A DNA stretch of 64,000 bases from NCBI RefSeq assembly GCF_964213995.1, contig NC_135807.1:61628001-61692000 (forward strand), given 5' to 3'. Below are positions 1 to 11,639 of the stretch, in pieces. The notes under the pieces were generated by a model that had not been told where the DNA came from, searched no databases, and worked only from the letters and a program-made list of their open reading frames with translations. Each line of letters begins with the position of its first letter. The first letter of the stretch is position 1. A program made the translations under genes and the position numbers. Source of the DNA: Mustelus asterias. Its lineage: Eukaryota.

Positions 1-695
1 TTGGTTTGCAGGTGCAGCAGGTAATTAAGAAAGCAAATGGAATTTTGTCCTTCATTGCTAGAGGGATGGCGTTTAAAAACAGCGAGGTTATGTTGCAGCT
101 GTATAAGGTGTTGGTGGGGCCACACCTGGAGTACTGTGTACAGTTTTGTCTCCTTACTTGAGAAAGGATATACTGGCACTGGAGGGGTGCAGAGGAGATT
201 CATTAGATTGATTCTGGAGTTGAGAGGGTTGGCTTATGAGAAGAGACTGAGTAGACTGGGGCTACACTCATTGGAATTCAGAAGAATGAGGGGGGATCTT
301 ATAGAAACATATAAGATTATGAAGGGAATAGATAAGATAGAAGCATGGAGGTTGTTTCCACTGGCAGGTGAAACTAGGACTAGGGGGCATAGCCTCAAAA
401 TAAGGGGGAGCAGATTTAGGACTGAGTTGAGGAGGAACTTCTTCACCCAAAGGGTTGTGAATCTGTGAAATTCCCTGCCCAGTGAAGCAGTTGATGCTAT
501 CTAATTGAATGTTTATAAGGCAAGGATAGATACATTTTTGAACAGTAAAGGAAGTAAGGGTTATGGTGAGCGGGTGGGTAAGTGGAGCTGAGTCCACAAA
601 AAGATCAGCCATGATCTTATTGAATGGCGGAGCAGGTCCGAGGGGTTAGCTGGCCTACTCCTGCTCCTAGTTCTTATGTTCTTTTGTTTTTATGT
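1..695 (+). mobile_element. CR1-clade LINE (HER1-like) 3' end, truncated by window edge
   Basis: Translation ...GVQRRFIRLI...RRMRGDLIETYKIMKG...TRGHSLKI...RRNFFTQRVVNL is the CR1 ORF2 C-terminus; typical tail GGCCTACTCCTGCTCCTAGTTCTTATGTTC. Confidence 0.9.
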
Positions 696-873
696 TCAAT
701 TATGGGATGCAGCATTTATTGGCCTTCCCTAATGACCCTTGAGAAGGTGGTGGTTGTGAGCAGCCTTCTTGAACCACTGCAGTCCCTGAGGTGAAGATAC
801 ACCCACAGTGATATTAGGGAGGGAATTCTAGGATTTTGATCCAGTGACAGTGAAGGAAAAGTGTTATAAGTGT

Positions 874-955
874 GGTAGCGTGGTCGAGTGGTCTAAGGTG
901 CTAGATTAAGGCTCCAGTCTTTGCGGAGGCTTGGGTTCGAGTCCCACCACTGCCA
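874..955 (+). tRNA. tRNA-Leu(AAG), probably a retroposed pseudogene
   Basis: 82 nt GGTAGCGTGGTCGAGTGG...GATTAAGGC...GGTTCGAGTCCCACCACTGCCA; anticodon AAG 908-910; about 9 substitutions (several CpG transitions) versus canonical vertebrate tRNA-Leu(AAG) as recalled; TTTT at 969-972. Confidence 0.85.
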
Positions 956-984
956 GAATAGATTTGAGTTTTGATTCTAGTCTC

Positions 985-1124
985 AATTGCCCTTTAGTGG
1001 CCTGGGATGTGTAGGTTAGTGGAGTAAGTATGTGGTTTTACGGGGATAGGGCCTAGATAGGATTGTTGTTGGTGCAGACTCGATGGGCCAAATGGCCTTT
1101 TTCTGTACCATAAGGTTCCTATGA
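985..1124 (+). mobile_element. HE1 SINE 3' half fused behind tRNA-Leu
   Basis: AATTGCCCTTTAGT...GGGGATAGGGCCT...GCAGACTCGATGGGCC...CTATGA aligns with the HE1 3' half at 48948-49110. Confidence 0.8.
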
Positions 1125-2409
1125 TATTTCCAAATCAGGATGGTGAGTGACTTGGAGGGGAACCTCCAGGTGATGGTGTACCCAGGTAACTGCTGCTCTT
1201 GCCCTTCTAGCTTGTAGTGGTCATGGGTTTGGAAAGTGCTGCCTAAGGAACCTTGGTGAGTTCTTGCAGTGCATCTTGTAGATGGTACACATGGTTGCCA
1301 CTGTTTGTCGGTGGTGGAAGGATTGAATGTTTGTGGAAGGGATAGAAATCAAGTGGGCTACCTTGTCCTGGATGGTGTCAAGCTTCTTGAGTGTTGTCGG
1401 AGCTGCACTCATCCAGGTAAGTGCAAGAATGTATTGCATTACATTCTTGACTTGTGCCTTGTAGATGGTGGACAGACTTTGTGGAGTCAGGTGGTGAGTT
1501 ACTTGCCACAGAATTCCTAGCCTTTGACCTGTTCTGATAGTCACATCTTTTATATGACTAGTCCAGTTCAGTTTCTGGTCAATGGCAATCCCCTGGATGT
1601 TGATAGTGGAGGATTCGGCGATGGTAATGCCATTGAATGTCAAGGGCAAGCCAACTTCACTATACACATTTTCACATGAAGAGAACCGATTTAAATAAAA
1701 GGGTTTCCTAAATTGTAGGGGAGAACAGCTCAATCTGAGGAAATCAGGGCGTCTCAGTTTATTTGAGCTATTGGAAAGCAGCAATAGTGTCTCCCAGTAA
1801 TAGGAGACACTTTATTGATTTAGCAAGCTGGAGAATGTGCTCATAGGGTTGAGTAGATGAGTATCTGAGAAAAGCATCATTTGAAGTGAAGGAAAAGATC
1901 TAAAGGCAATCGAGTGAGATAAAGCTGCCAATGGAAAAGAAAATGACAAGGAAATCCATCTGAAATGTTTCCTTCAGAAATCTCTGTGGATGTCAAATCT
2001 ACTATGAAACATAACAAGTGTTCATGCCAGTTGGGTAACTGCCTGGACAAACAAGGCAGCTGCAAACGGATACTATAACTACCAATCTGAAATTACTCCC
2101 TGTCTGCACACTGCTCTATTTTATTTTACACTGGATTCAAACCAGCGGAATTATGAGTGGTGTGAATCCAAATCTAAATGCATCTGGGAGTTAGTTCCTA
2201 GTAGCGCATCAACTAATAAATTCTTCGTTGTTTGATTTTGGTGTGAGTGCAGAATAGATTAAAAACCTAACCTTCTCCCAAAAGGCAAAGACAGTCTCTT
2301 TATTGTTCAAATTCACACTAATGTGGATTTTCTCCCTATAGTTGATATACAAGAGCGTATTTTCCATATTACCCATTTCCAGTCCATATTGGAAAATTGC
2401 AGGAACACA

Positions 2410-2565
2410 GTTAATCAGTCTTGACTCAGTTGATAGCACTTCTGCCTGTGGATCCATGATCTAAACTGAAACTTCAATGCAATATTGAGTGAATACCTCA
2501 TTGTTAGAATTGTTTTCAAATGAGACATTAAACTGAGACTCTGTCTGCTGTCTCAGATAGATATA
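2410..2565 (+). mobile_element. Degenerate Deu-type SINE (SacSINE1/AmnSINE-like) 5' fragment
   Basis: TTGACTCAGTTGATAGCACT head and AATGAGACATTAAACTGAG motif homologous to 23630-24038. Confidence 0.5.
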
Positions 2566-2692
2566 GGGCAGGATTTTCCGGCTGCGCTCACCGTGAAACC
2601 AGAAAATCCTGCCCGAGATCAACGGACTTTTCCATGGTCCATCCCTCGCCTGCTACAATTCCCATGGTGGGTGGAATGGGAAAATTTGCCCC
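2566..2692. mobile_element. Short MITE (~130 bp), probably PIF/Harbinger-like
   Basis: Imperfect TIRs GGGCAGGATTTTCC ... GGAAAATTTGCCC; similar elements at 48609-48733 and 49455-49580. Confidence 0.55.
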
Positions 2693-2699
2693 ATAAAAT

Positions 2700-3850
2700 C
2701 CATGGTGGGAATTCTTGGGGTGAACATGGCCAGAGAATCCCACCCCATATCCTTTGGGATCCTTTAGCACTTTTATTGCTGATGGATTCAGCCTGTCTAT
2801 CCCTCAATTCCCATTTGCTCGGCATATATTTATGGCTTGCTTGTCTGGTTCAGACACACCTGAATCAAGAAACCACAGCTCTGTATGCTGTTCAAACATT
2901 TTGAATTCAGATAGTAGATCAACTGCATCCCAATTCAAACTGGGCAATTTTGTGGACATTTTGACACTATCCATTTGACCTTCCACCTTGTTTTATTTAA
3001 TTTATTATTTAGCAACTCCCAAAGCCACCTGTTATAATCGTGGCCTTCTCTGGCCCATTTCTATGATGGCTTTGTTTGTTTTTTTCTTTGTTTGACTCTC
3101 CTTCTCTTACTATCGATTGGCCAAGCCTCAGTCCCTCGCCTTACCTGACAGAGCTAACCCGATGCTGGTTCTCTCGATGCCCTGTCCCACTTATGGAACT
3201 GCCAGGTTATATGCTGCAATCTCACCATGAAGGGTTTGTTCGCTTACCAGCTTTCTATTTACTATATCTTCAAGGTTTTTCTGTGCAGTCAGCACACTGC
3301 ACCTTCAACAGTCACAATTTAGCAACTTCACAACCTCAGGCTAAAGGGACGATCCTTTAAAACAGAGATGAGGAGGAATTTCTTCAGCCAGAGAGTGATG
3401 AATCTGTGGAACTCTTTGCCGCGGAAGGCTGCGGAGGCCAGGTCATTGAGTGTCTTTAAGACAGAGATAGATAGGTTCCTGATTAATAAGGGGATCACGG
3501 GTTATGGGGAAAAGGCAGGAGAATGGGGATGAGAAAAATATCAGCCATGATTGAATGGCGGAGCAGACTCGATGGGCCGAGTGGCCTAATTCTGCTCTTA
3601 TGTCTTATGGTCTTCACTGCGTTCTGACTAAAATGTCAAAGGTCACATCATGCCATCTAATGCTGATCTAAGGCTGTTCACCATGTCAGAACCTGTACTT
3701 AAATCTTGCCGCCATGCTGCTTACCCACTGCTGAACACCATGTCGTGTTTTTATGGTGATGTAGAGGCACCAATCACTCATAAGGGATTATGTAAACAGG
3801 TTCTTTTATTTAAAATAGGCACGTGAGAACAGATACACATGGAGAGAAAA
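2700..3850 (-). mobile_element. Gypsy-type LTR retrotransposon relic (LTR part, PBS, leader, gag N-terminus), split by a CR1 insertion
   Basis: Minus ORF 2804-2986 (LPSLNWDAVDLLSEFKMFEQHTELWFLDSGVSEP) homologous to 15870-16030; LTR/PBS junction ...CA|TGGTG at 3741/3740; LTR part matches 17920-18030. Confidence 0.65.
3352..3614 (+). mobile_element. HER1/CR1 3' terminal fragment
   Basis: GATGAGGAGGAATTTCTTCAGCCAGAG... ending GGCCTAATTCTGCTCTTATGTCTTATGG. Confidence 0.85.
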
Positions 3851-3854
3851 AACC

Positions 3855-4130
3855 CCAGAAATTTCTCGAAAATCTCAGCAGGTCTGACAGCATCTGTGGG
3901 GAGAGAACAGAGCCAATGTTTCGAGTCTAGATGACCCTTCGTCAGAGCTGAGAGCAAAGAGAATCAGTGGAGATTTATACTATGAGGGTTGGGGGGGTGG
4001 TTGGAAAGGGAATGTAAATGAGGATACAGAAGGCTGAGAAGGTACTAAAAGTGTCCATTAAATGATCAGAATGCATGAATGGCAGAACAGAGGTACAGAT
4101 TGTTAAAGGACTGCCTGAGGATAGAAAACA
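3855..4130 (-). mobile_element. Penelope-like element terminal-repeat fragment with minimal hammerhead motif
   Basis: Minus strand 3950-3909 reads CAGCTCTGACGAAGGGTCATCTAGACTCGAAACATTGGCTCT: CUGANGA core, stem II GGGTC/GACTC, GAAA. Confidence 0.65.
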
Positions 4131-4289
4131 TGAAGACGTCAACACAGAGCCATGTGTGCTGCGTTCTGCTCACAAGCGACTGGATCATATGACACACTTC
4201 TCTTTTACCATGCTGCTATCACTCAAAGGCATACTACAAAGAAATTACGATCAAATGGCACTGACACAGCGATAACTTGCTCACTGATA

Positions 4290-5695
4290 CTCAGTTTCAT
4301 TCTGCTAGGGTCACTCAGACCTGATCTCATTCCATCCTTGGTCCTAACATGGATAAAGAAAGATCTGAACTCAGGAAAGGAGGTGAGGGTGACTGCCCTG
4401 GACATCAAATTAGCATTTGACCAAATGTGGCACCATGGAGCCCTGGCAAAATTGAAGTAATTGGGATTCAGGGGAAAACTCTCCACTGGATGTAGTCGTA
4501 CCTAGCACAAAGGAAGATGGATATGGTTCTTGGAAGCCAATCGTTTCAGTCCCATGACATTGCTGCAGGAATTCTGCAGGGTAGTGTCTTGGGCCCAACC
4601 ATCTTCAGCTGTTCCATGAATGACCTCCCCTCCATCATAAAGTCAGAATTGGTGATGTTCATTAATGTTTGCATAACGTTCAGCGCCGTTCATAATTCCT
4701 CAGATACTGAAGCAGTCCATGTCCACATGCAGTAAGACCTGGACAACATTCAGTCTAGGGCTAAAAAATAGGAAATAACATTCAAGCCACACCAAATGCC
4801 AGATAATGATCATCTTCAACAATAGAGAATCTAACCATCCCCCCTTGACATTCAATTGCATTACCATAGCTGAATCTCCCACTTTCGATATACTGGGTGT
4901 TACCCTTGATCAGAAAGGTTCTGTTCACCATCTACAAGGCATAAGTCAGGAATGTGATGGAATACTCTCCACTTCCACAGCACCCCATCCATCATCTTAA
5001 ACTTTCACTCCATCCACAACTGACGCACAGTGGCAGCTGCGTGTACTCAGTGCAAGATGCACTGCAGGAGCTCACCAAGGTACCTTAGGCAACACCTTCC
5101 AAACCCATGACCTCTACCACCTAGAAGGATAACAGCAGATGCATGAGTACACCACCATTTGGAAGTTCTCTCCAAACTATACACCACCCTGAAGTGCCAG
5201 GGCCGAAATCATAGAAATCATAGAAACCCTACAGTGCAGAAGGAGGCCATTCGGCCCATCGAGTCTGCACCGACCACAATCCCACCCAGGCCCTACCCCC
5301 ACATATTTACCCGCTAATCCCTCTAACCTACGCATCTCAGGGGCAATTTTAACCTGGCCAATCAACCTAACCCGCACATCTTTGGACTGTGGGAGGAAAC
5401 TGGAGCACCCGGAGGAAACCCACGCAAACACGAGGAGAATGTGCAAACTCCACACAGACAGTGACCCGAGCCAGGAATCGAACCCGGGACCCTGGAGCTG
5501 TGAAGCAGCAGTGCTAACCACTGTGCTACCGTGCCGCCAATCCTGGCACTTCCTCATTAACAGCACTGTGGGTGTACCTGCACCAGAGGGACTGCAACGG
5601 TTCAATAAGCTAGCTACCACCTTTTTAAGGGCAATTAGGGATGAGCAACAAATGTTGGCTTCGCCAGTGACATCCACATCCCATGAAATAATTTT
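4290..5695 (+). mobile_element. CR1-group LINE family B, RT and 3' end, interrupted by HE1
   Basis: RT motifs VTALDIKLAFDQMWH and ILQGSVLGPTIFSCSMNDLP; tail GGGCAATTAGGGATGAGCAACAAATG...CATCCCATGAA. Confidence 0.85.
5206..5538 (-). mobile_element. HE1 (V-SINE), full length
   Basis: Minus strand: tRNA-like head GGCGGCACGGTAGCACAGTGGTTAGCAC, B box GGTTCGATTCC, V-domain, (TTCTATGA)n tail. Confidence 0.92.
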
Positions 5696-5739
5696 TTTAA
5701 AGGACTAAATTTTGGACAAGTAGTCTGGCATTGCAGAGG

Positions 5740-6170
5740 CTATTTATGGGTGAAAGAAATTGAGCTGGTTGTCATTAGTGTAGACATGGAAGCTGACCTC
5801 ATATCTGCAGACATTGTCATCAAGGAGCAGTATATGTAAGTGAGGAAATGAAGATGGGATTATCACCTATGTATGATGATGGACATGCTGCGAATCCAAT
5901 CCATTCATTTTGCTGATGGTTGAAGAGACCAATTGGAGAGGAGCAGGTTCTGCTATAACTTGTTCTTGTATTGGCACCTGTTACCATGTCACTGGGGAGG
6001 TTTTAAAAGAGGATGGTGTGCTCACTATGTATAAAGCTGTGAAGTTGAGGAGGATGAGGAAGACTAGTGTTTCAAGATCATAGTCACAAAGGATGTACTC
6101 ATGTAGAACACAAGGTGTTTTGTAAAAGGCAAAAGCTGAACCAATGAGTTACAAGAGAGTGGTGCACAGA
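5740..6170 (-). mobile_element. Ancient L2-type LINE fragment
   Basis: Minus translation VSFHVYTNDNQ resembles the L2 RT motif SFHxYADDTQ; heavily decayed. Confidence 0.4.
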
Positions 6171-6185
6171 TTGAGAGGTGAAAAA

Positions 6186-6532
6186 AATCATAGAATCATA
6201 GAAACCCTACAGTGCAGAAAGAGGCCATTTGGCCCATCGAGTCTACACCGACCACAATCCCACCCAGGCCCTACACCCATATCCCTACACATTTACCCGC
6301 TTATCCCTCTAACCTACGCATCTCAGGGCACTAAAGGGCAATTTTAGCATGGCCAATCAACCTAACCTGCACATCTTTGGATGTGGGAGGAAACCGGAGC
6401 GCCCAGAGGAAACCCACGCAGACACGGGGAGAATGTGCAAACTCCACACAGACAGTGACCCAAGCTGGGAATCAAACCCAGGTCCCTGGAGCTGTGAAGC
6501 CACAGTGCTAACCACTGTGCTACCGTGCCGCC
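6186..6532 (-). mobile_element. HE1 (V-SINE), full length
   Basis: Colinear and highly similar to 5206-5538. Confidence 0.92.
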
Positions 6533-7557
6533 CTGTACAAAATGTACAACAATATTTGGGAAGAAAGGAAGATAGCTGATAGGGTAGTAATGGCAGTAAC
6601 TAATGAAAGTGGAAGGTACATGAACGAATTTTTAGGCGAGGGTAATAATGACAGTTTTGAGTGACAGGAGGACTGTGCTTCAGGGGATGGAAACATTGAT
6701 TATGATTTCCTTGATCGGCAGACTCATTTGATTTTTGTGGTGGTTGAATTTAACAGTTCATAATAGCAATTGTCCTGGGATGGTGCAACACAGCTTTCAC
6801 TCTCAACATTGTAAAAACACATTAATAACAAACGACATATATATAGCATAATGGCAGGGAAAATTAGAGCACTATGAAAGGATCGCTTGATGAGTACAAT
6901 GGAATATTTGATTTCTGCACAAAATCTGTCAAAAGAACCAGACGTTTTTATTTTCCATTTTTGGCTCCAATGGTTTCTACCCACTTGCCAGTATTTAATT
7001 ATGGCTGCATCCCAAGTATTCATAGTTCCTCTGTACAAATTGTTCAATGCACAGGGAGTAGAAAGGTGTTGGCCGTAAACTGCAACTATTTAAGTTTTAC
7101 AAAGGAAAAATTAATGTGGGAAATACTTTAGGCCACATTGATACCAACATTGCCTTGAAATAGCAATAGTAATTGAGACTGCACAGTACCTCAGAATTCT
7201 GGCTCTTTAAGGCATTTTGAGGGAGCTGCACCCACAAGAACTGCGCATCAGAAATTTTGATGCGTGATTTTCCAACCATTTAAAATTAATTGTCGGAAAG
7301 GATGCCTGGATTCCCAATATGTGGTCTGGGTGGGTGAGGTTCCCTTCCCTGCCAACAGTATGAAGTTTGATTATTATTCTTTATTTGCCACTGCCACTCC
7401 CAACCTATCCTTTTCAAGTCAATTCATACAGTCACTGGAATCTGCCTTCATGGAATTTATGATTCAGTTTTGGTAATAGTATTCATAAAATGTCTGTGTT
7501 TTATGAAATATAAGTTATGTGCAGATAATCCGATAAGACAGTCAATGGTTAAAGACA

Positions 7558-7738
7558 AACATATGAACATACAAACATATGAATTAGGAGCAGGAATAGG
7601 CCACTTGGCCCCTCCGCCATTCGATAAGACCATGGCTGATTTGATTGTAACTTCTACCCCACATTCCAAACTGTCCCCGATAACCTTTCACCCTCTTATT
7701 AATCAAGAATCTATCTAGTTCTGCCTTAAAAATATTAA
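7558..7738 (-). mobile_element. HER1/CR1 3' tail
   Basis: GAATTAGGAGCAGGAATAGGCCA...; minus translation NIFKAELDRFL. Confidence 0.8.
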
Positions 7739-9732
7739 TTTGGGGTAGGAATATGTAATGACACTGGGAGGAGGGGGGTGTAGGGAATGTCATTGTCCAG
7801 ACTTGAGCTGCTCTTACTCTTGGGGTGCTTATAGAGGTGATGGGGAAGAGAAGGATCTCCCTCTCCCAACTCATCAATTAAAACTTCTGAGAATGAGACT
7901 GGGAGAGGGGATGCGGGCAGCTCTTCTATTCAACTTGTTCACTGTCTGTATCTTCCTGACTGGTGCTGCAGTGCAGGGAAAGACCAGCAAAATTAGGTTA
8001 CCCAGCAATATAACAAGCAGGGATACAACCTCACTTTCAGAGGTGCATTCCTTCTTTCAATGCTGTTCAGAAGGTTTACTCTTAAGTGGCATGTGAGAGT
8101 CTGACAGGCTGTATGATTCATGCCTGGATTGGGAGGCAGCCTGCCATGTGTATTTAATTGAGAGCCAAGTGTTAAAATGGCTCAAGCATCATGTTGGCAG
8201 CACAGGCCATTGTTAAGCTCAACCTGCCAGGTGCAAGTCAAAATTGTGGCTTTTGATTAATTATTACTGACAATTTTCATGCAAGTCACTACTAAATTTT
8301 GTCAATATGATACTATACTAATTGCAGTCAATTTTATGGTGTCTGGAAGTGGAAAGGAGCAAGCTTGCAGTTTCCCTCGTGTCCCTGACTATGCTAGCCC
8401 TGTGCCGTGTGTGAGCCGCTAATGTTCTTTCAGCATGTAGCAGAGTTCTGCCACTACATCAATCTAGAGATAGTGGAACTAGTTTCACATGGCGGTAGCA
8501 GATATGTGCACCAATGCCTGTGAAAATGATTGTTGAACTATTGACGCATTGATGCGTGCAACTAGTCAGGCTCAACATTTTATTAATCACCGCTAGTCTT
8601 CTTTCACATAAAAAACAGAGCATTGATTGGCAACATCTATATAGAAGAGAGCTCACTTTCTAAAAGAGGGAGGAACGAACATATGCCAGAATTTTATGTT
8701 GAACATGTGAGTGTGCACCTGACCCGGAGCTACATGAGAAGACATGGGGCATGTGTCCCAGTGTCATTGTACTCACGTGCAACATTACTTTTGGTGGCCA
8801 CGCAGAGGAGTCCGAGCATGTCCACCAACAATTAAATGGGCAATTAAGCCCAGTAAGGAGCCAATTCTCAGTGATTTTACATGGCCTGTCCACGTTTACT
8901 GTTGGTGAATGGGTCAATTGTCCAGGCAGCCTTCACATTTTCGCGACTAACTCCGTCCAGGATGAGATTAAATGTCGGGTGTTAAGTGAAATGAAAGAAG
9001 ATGTTTGCGGGGTGAGGCGATAGGTGGTCTGCTGTCAAGTGCTTCAATTTGCAGTATTGGCACAGTTTGCAGCATTTCTTTGAGCTAATTTCATTTATAC
9101 AATACTGCAGCTCCCTGAGGCAGCTCCACAGCAGCTGGCAGCCCTCAGGGAGTGCCGCCTGAACCCTCACTTCTCTCAGCTCCCACTCTCTTCTCACCAA
9201 CTCCCGGTAGTGCAGAGCCTTTCCCAGTTAACGGTCAAGCAGTGTGAAATCACAGCTGGGGGCCGATTGCAGCCAAAATGCAAGCTATGCTTTCTTATTA
9301 ATTCTGCTGTCTAGTTCTATCTGTGAATTCTCTGTCCAGGCAGGGAGCATGGCTCCCTTCCTGAAATCCACCACAACACTTCCTCACTCAAATATCAGAA
9401 ACCAGTTGATTGCATTGCGTTTCTTTCCTTTGTTTTCCATCCTGTTATTACAATAGAAAATTTATATTTTCATGCACTTGAACTAGATTGTGATAGGTTG
9501 CATTAAAAGATTATGTAGTCAATAACTTTAGTCTTCCCAAGATTGATTATTCATATCGCAAGGTAGGAATGGGTAAAATTTGAAATGTCACGTATCCGCA
9601 TTATAACAACCACAGTAAACCTCCAAGCTTCTACTTTTCAGTAACAGAATTAATTAAAACGCCAATTATTGTCAGAGCTTTTTAAAAAAAACTGGTCCCT
9701 TGCAATATAAAGGACCAGGGGATATTGGGTAT

Positions 9733-10178
9733 AGAGTCATAGAGGTTTACAGCATGGAAACAGGCCCTTCGGCCCAACTTGTCCATGCCGCCCTTTGTTT
9801 AAAACCCCTAAGCTAATCCCGATTACCCGCATTTGGCCCATATCCCTCTATATCCATCGTACCCATGGAACTATCTAAATGCTTTTTAAAAGACAAAACT
9901 GTACCCGCCTCTACTACTACCTCTGGCAGCTTGTTCCAGACACTCACCACCCTCTGTGTGAAAAAATTGCCCCTCTGGACACTTTTGTATCTCTCCCCTC
10001 TCACCTTAAACCTATGCCCTCTAGTTTTAGACTCCCCTACCTTTGGGAAAAGATATTGACTATCTACCTTGTCTATGCCCCTCATTATTTTATAGACCTC
10101 TATAAGGTCACCCCTACGCTCCAGAGAAAAAAGTCCCAGTCTATTCAGCCTCTCCTTATAACTCAATCCATCAAGTCC
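9733..10178 (-). mobile_element. CR1 LINE 3' end
   Basis: ORF 9813-10166 SYKERLNRLGLFSLE...TRGHRFKV...FFTQRVVSVWNKLP. Confidence 0.9.
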
Positions 10179-11639
10179 TTGACTCTTGCAATCAGAGTTA
10201 AAATCCAGCTCAAACTGATGAAATGAAAGTTCCCTTTGTCTGTTGGCTCCAAAGGGACCTGTGTGAAATAATAAAATGAGGTTGCTCAGCTTCCATCAAC
10301 TATTTAAATACATGGGAATTACAGCACAAACAATTCCTTAATTGGCACTAATTGACAATCTCACTCTGAGAGACTCGAAGCTGGTTTGTAATTGGTTCAA
10401 CTCAAAATAGTACAGGCTGGTTTATGTGGGAATTGAAAAAAGTGTCATGTGTCGAAAGGGGTGACCTTTCACATTTGGTTTTGGGAAATGATGCTGGGAC
10501 ATGGGTAGAGGAAGCTTTTTCCCTTGTCTGGTTATGCCATACTTGATTTAGAGAGTGTTTGGTGGTGCCACTGGGGTATCTGAAATGGAAAGAGTTCCAT
10601 TCCTTTGCCATAACTTTCTTCATCAAGTTGAGCAAGCAGCAATCTCGTTGTTTTAATAATGCCTTGAATGCACTATGTTAACATATTTAAAATTACTGTG
10701 TGATTTTTAATCTCACTCTCACATCCAGCCAATGTGTCAAGCTACCAATTATTTGAATGTACAACTTAGACTAAATGCTGAAACCCACAACAGGATTGCA
10801 GGCTTCATCTAATTATGTTGCTGAATCCCACAGCGATATAGAATGTTTAACTTAATTGGAGTAAAAATTGTTAAAACCTTAAGTGCAAGCAGAGACAAAC
10901 CACCAAGACTAACATCACTAGACAGTTCTCAGTCATCCATAAATAAGCAGTATGAAAACAGCCTAATTTCTTCAACTATGTCAGTGAACTAGACAAAATC
11001 AGCCACTGTGTAAACTATCAAATACCTCTCATAACCAAAGCCAGTAATGTAAAAGAAACAAGTTTGCCATTTATTCACTATTGGTACAATAATACCAACT
11101 GCAGCAAAGTTTGGGCTGAACTTATTTATTCAAAGCTCAATGGCCCATCATGATAATATAAAATCAGTTTATAGTAAGGCTAATTTAACATGAATACCAT
11201 CCAGAGCAAATTGCTTTCAGTCCAGACAAGGGATAAACAAGGTTCACCACATATTTCTTCCTGAATGTCTCTATTGTTACTGGTGTGCATTAACAATGCA
11301 GAAAACATGTAGGTTTTTAGTAAGCCAAAATAATTCTCAATGTTTATTTTAATTGATTAAAAGGGCAATGCTGCCCTTTGTTATGTAAAATATTTTTATA
11401 AGGTTAACAAAACATTACCCAGGTCTTCCAGTCTTCAGAGCATCAGAGGCTCCCCCTTGACTCCCTCTCCCATTCCCAGATATCCTCCGCACTGACCAGA
11501 CTTGTCTAGCTCATGACCTGACAACCCCTCCCAACCTGATCCATGATCCACCTACCCACTCACCACCCTACGTGTCTATTCACCTTGCTTACTTGCTACC
11601 CTAGCACCTCACCCACATGCCACCCTGCTCTACTGCCAC

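Larger units (their letters stand above)
705..1645 (-). mobile_element. CR1-group LINE ('family B' here), 3' RT fragment, interrupted by insertion 869-1124
   Basis: ORF 1221-1784 has IDQKLNWTSHI...AAPTTLKKLDTIQDK...TIYKMH; colinear with copy at 16600-17870 on both sides of the insertion. Confidence 0.85.

Noticed and set aside
1650-2410. Candidate upstream CLC exons and a 9-bp hairpin at 1786-1811
   Set aside because: No frame gives CLC-like sequence; an isolated short hairpin is expected by chance
5177-6579. Recurrent ORFs such as CGRKPEHPEETHA and VSTAASQLQGPGFDS
   Set aside because: Translations of non-coding HE1 SINE copies
6724-7131. Overlapping ORFs in unique-looking DNA; ELLNSTTTKI resembles exon peptide KLLNSTKI
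   Set aside because: Match is too short, no CLC transmembrane motifs and no convincing splice sites
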